From positions 186,001 to 250,000 of the forward strand of contig NC_047083.1 of the NCBI RefSeq assembly GCF_902459465.1: a DNA stretch of 64,000 nt, read 5' to 3'. Below are positions 59,585-64,000 of the stretch, in pieces. Position 1 is the stretch's first letter. Each line of letters opens with the position of its first letter. The position numbers were made by a program, and so were the translations under genes. This DNA comes from Asterias rubens (lineage: Eukaryota). Under the pieces are notes generated by a model that was given only the letters and a program-made list of their open reading frames with translations, had not been told where the DNA came from and searched no databases.

Positions 59585-59752
59585 TAGAAAAAAAGCTGAG
59601 TTTTTGATGTGGGAGGCAAACCCCAATGGGGGAAACCCACGCAATCAGGTAGGGACTGAAAACCCAATCCACACGCAAGGCTCTCGATTGAGGTGGGATT
59701 CCGAACCGAGGTCCACAGAGGTCAAAGGTAGGGAAAGAAACCACTAATCCAA
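59585..59752 (-). mobile_element. tRNA-derived SINE, V-domain-like
   Basis: Minus-strand B box GGTTCGGAATCC and body GCGTGGGTTTCCCCC...TTTGCCTCCC. A weaker relative lies at about 30330-30445 (+). Confidence 0.55.
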
Positions 59753-62700
59753 CATGATCCTGAATTGGGGGGGGGGGGGCTTCAGATCAAAACACATTCA
59801 GTCTAAATATTCTACTTTGCAAAAGTACTGGACAAAACATTTTCCGTGGATACAAAGCATCTTCAAATCAATCACTCACAGGCCTGGCATCACAGAGACA
59901 GAGACCATGACCTCCACTCAGTGCCTCCACTGCACCTTGGTGCCCCTTCAAAAGTTTCCCATTGACTCTAAGAGTTTCCAACTGAAGTGCCCTTTGCACA
60001 ATGAAAATAGCCTTGCCTTTTCAAAGATGACATTCTGAAATTCACTTTTCTATATTCCTCAAAGACAACTCGTTCATCGATACCTGCAAAAATTCTTTTT
60101 TATTTAATTGTTTTTGGAATACCAGCAGAATTACAATTCTTCATCAATATTTACTATTTGTAAAAACCTCTTCATGTGGGTGAGATTTAAATTAGGAGAT
60201 TTAAATTTGGATCCACCTTTAATATTTTCAGAATTTATAAACAAATTCGATTGATTTTGTTCGGTGCTCTTTGTGCCATGACTTTTTTATTAGTATTTTT
60301 TATATATTTTCATAGTTTGAGCGACAATTATGCTCCAAATGATCACCTAATGGGTCAACCTTGTTAAATGTGGTTTAAATAAAATAAAATATGATCATAA
60401 AACCCATGTACTACAATGACGTCTTTCCGGGTGAGTAAAACGGGGAGAAAAAACCTGAAATAATCGGAAATCCCTCTTAGACCCTCAGGCCACTTGATGA
60501 TAACGGTTGGTGTGAATAAACTCTAGGTCCTACTCAACGAGGGTGTCTAGGTCCTACTCGACGAGGGTGAGTAATATAAAACGTATCACTGCTGCTGAGG
60601 TATTGAAGCAGCTATTGAAGTACACTGGTTGTTTCTTCAGTGTTTAAACATGGTTTTAAACCAACGGTTTTAAACCAACGACAACAAGAGTAGAGATAGA
60701 TGAGATATAAGACTAGGTCTGATTGTGCACTTTACATTTATGGAATGTCAACCCATGATGTCATTCTATTTCCTTTCAGCAGGGTTTCCAGACAGTTAAA
60801 AACCACTATTAAAGCCCAGTATACTCACTTGGTGTATGTCAATATGTGCATAAAATAACCCTTGCTGTATGAAACAACAAACATGCAAAAAATCAAGCTC
60901 AATTGGTCACCGTCATCGAAATTGCAAGAGAATAATGAAAGAAAACACACCCTTGTTGCACAATGAGTGTGCTTTCAAATGCATTATAAAATGATTCAGG
61001 ACTGAAGTCTTTCTCAGATTCAAATATTCCGTTGAGAAATAACCTCTTTCTCAAAAACTAAATGCCTTCCGAGGGAGTTGTTTCTCACAGTATTTTTCCA
61101 CAGCTCTCTGTTGTTCGTTACCAAGTAAGCTTTTATGCAAGTATTTGAGTAATTACCAAACGTGTCCAGTGCCTTTTAATACCACCGTTTATGGGCAGGT
61201 GTTATCATTGTGTACATGGCCTTACTAAACAAAATCACCATTAAATCATATTATATTAATCTAATATTTTTTAGAATTGAGCGAGTTTCCTTATACTGTC
61301 CATCTATTGACCAGTGGCTAAAGCTTTTGGCTGTAATTATCCATAGCCTTGATTGTCTACTGAGTCCATCACTCACTGGACACTAAGGCCAAGTAAAAAT
61401 AAATACCAGTTGATTGTCCAGGGTTTTAAAAAAAGCAGAGGATGAGAGCCTTTTTATTTGCTATTTTTTATTTATTTCAAAGGTGGCCGCCAAGCATAAC
61501 CAAACAGGCCACCAATTTTTTCAGTTTAAAGTCACCACTTACTTTATATAGTTCTTGAAAGATTAGTAAGTTTAACAATAAATTCACAGAAATTTTGTCT
61601 TTTTGAAAAAGAAAATAAAGTGAAAAAAAAAGTAGCAGCCTCCAAAAAGGATGAGGGAGGGTGCGATCAACTGGATTTATTTTTTAACTTGGCCTAAACC
61701 AATTGTGTCTGCTCCATTATTTCATTCCAACCTTACCCATTGACATCAAAAATTCAGTTTTTAATCAACAATGAGAGGAGACCTTGATAAGTCTGATAGA
61801 TCCGATATTAAGTCTATTCATACCCAACCTATAAGAATGAAACAAGGTGTAGTTTGTTTATCAGACAATATTCATGATTGAGCATCAGTACTAGCATCCA
61901 AGGTTGTAAAATTATAAAGCTTTACTTTAACGGCAATTTTTGATGAACACAATATTTTAAAAGCATGATCAAATTTTAATGTTGTCTGCAGAAGGATTTG
62001 AAAGCTTGTATGGTGGGAGTATAATTAGGTGAGACTTGCGGTAGCACAATGTGTAATTCTCTTTTAAGTATTGTTGGTTCTGAGAAGACCTGGTGGTTAA
62101 GAACCAACACTATTCAAAAAGGGAGTTTTTTTCACTTGGTGCTACCACAAACCCTCACCTGCGTTGTCTTAAGTTTCCAATTAAGCCATTATCTCAAAAA
62201 ATACACAAAAACTCAGACATTTTTCCCCACAGTTTTATAGACTGTACAACTACAAGACTCATATTCCAACATTTTGGGAAACTTTACAACCAATTATAAG
62301 ATTCATCATGCTGAAATGACGATTCTTTCTACACTTGGCGTGATGTACTATAGAAGAGAATGACTCCAAGGACAAAGGAAGATTTGTAAAAAAAAATTAA
62401 GAAACTTTCCAACCTTGAGTTTGTACATAGAATCAATATCACTTTAAGATGTCACGTTTTAATGCATACTCTTGGAACAAAAATCTTCTGCAGAGTTTAC
62501 GTCACTACTTACACTTTCTGAAAATAGTTCTATGACTTTTTATCAACAAAAATTCCTTTTCAACCACTAAATAAGTGATGGTGGCTTTGGAAGTGTATTT
62601 AGAATGAGCCTATACTGCATTCTTCTCTCGTAAAACTTTAATTTCTTTACGAAGGGTATTGTCATTAAAATCTTTGACTCAAAAAATTATCATGAAGTGT

Positions 62701-64000
62701 TTTTTGTTTTTTTTGCGAAGACTTTTTGCCAAAGAATCAACATCCTATAATCTTCTGAATACATAAAGATCAACAGGGTTGAATTTGTTGGCACTACATG
62801 TACTTTACGCAGAGTTATGCTTTTACGGTGTCCTTTAAAACATGTGATTCAACGAGCTATAAGTGCAGAAGTCCACGGAAAGTAGAGTCATAAAATTAGG
62901 CCTCATACAATTAAATTTTTAAGTAGTGTCAATCATTCTTTTTCATCGTGAAACTTAAGCCCGGTGCATACTTCCTGCGAATGCAAAGCGAATTATGACA
63001 TCACAGCTCTGCCTTCGCAGCGAATGTTTCACAGGAGTGGAGCACAAGTCAACCGATGCGAATTATGCGATGCTAATTTGTGACGTCAAAATTCCTATCG
63101 CATTCGCATTCGCAGAAAGTATAACCAAGCTTGACTTAGATTTCTTGGCATGTACTGACTCCATTGATTTCTTATAGCTAAGCTAATCCACCATTCTCAC
63201 TCAGTTCTCAATCTAATTATCATATAATTTGATAAACTCAAGAATTAGTAGGTAGAGAAGACAACGGAACCTGATGACTACTCCATGAGAGTATTCAAAA
63301 GGAATTGGATAAACAATCAGGACAATTCAAAAGAAGTAATCGATCAATGACTCTATTGCCCCAAGTCTTGGTACTTTCAATCTTGGGACTTGGTGCTTTG
63401 AAAAAAAAAGAAAAAAAAAAGAAAACAAGAAAGAAATTTCAGTCAAGGAATGTTCTGGTGTGGAACAAAGTAAAGTATAAGTTACCCGCAATGATTTGCA
63501 TAGTTTGAAGTTTTCCACTAAATAGACACACAAAAGATATGATCAAGAACAACTCCACAGATGACCAGTAAACAATGTTGATACAACCATGAAAAAATAA
63601 GGTTAAAGCTGGCCCAAGTCATCAACATTTAAATAATCAACGTCATTTACAACAGGTGTGTGCCAATCAACTAGTGGCATGGTTGGTATTTATCAATCAT
63701 CTTCATTTACAATCAACCATTAAAAGCTTCTTCTCAAACTATCCGCTTTGCTATTCCTTCAAGCCACAATCAATAACAATGTTTTGGATTGGTCTATATT
63801 TAAGTAAGTACACAAATCACAGCAGGGTTTTTATTGATCCAATCAAAGCTATTGTTATATCAGGACAATAGGAAGGTCAGTTTATAACAATGTTGTTGAT
63901 TGGCCCACTTAGAACATAATAGTGCACTTTAGAGGATTCATTGATCCAATCAGAAACTGAGTGGCACAATCAATGACTGCCACCATTTAAGAGAAGGTTT

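Overview
AT-rich metazoan genomic DNA with spliceosomal introns. Its repeat families resemble those I associate with sea stars (from memory, unverified). I reconstructed four protein-coding genes by hand, with all splice phases consistent: (1) the 5' part of a minus-strand Glu/Arg-rich, caldesmon-like protein gene that runs off the left edge; (2) a complete 14-exon RUVBL2/reptin (462 aa, minus); (3) a 5-exon membrane-anchored SDR9C-type dehydrogenase (437 aa, plus), head-to-head with RUVBL2; and (4) an E78/Rev-erb-like NR1 nuclear receptor (about 455 aa, minus). There is also one intron-containing tRNA-Tyr(GUA) gene and many MITEs, SINEs and Penelope-like relics. The main oddity is in RUVBL2, where three exon boundaries are duplicated: the exon 9 3' half plus its splice donor in 7 tandem 121-bp copies, the exon 6 acceptor once out of frame, and the stop codon plus poly(A) signal once. 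Other highlights are a 6-residue D-box and a Rev-erb-spaced Cys/His pair in the receptor, a 7-unit hairpin array in an SDR intron, and hammerhead-ribozyme-like relics. All coordinates were counted by eye; repeat ends are approximate.
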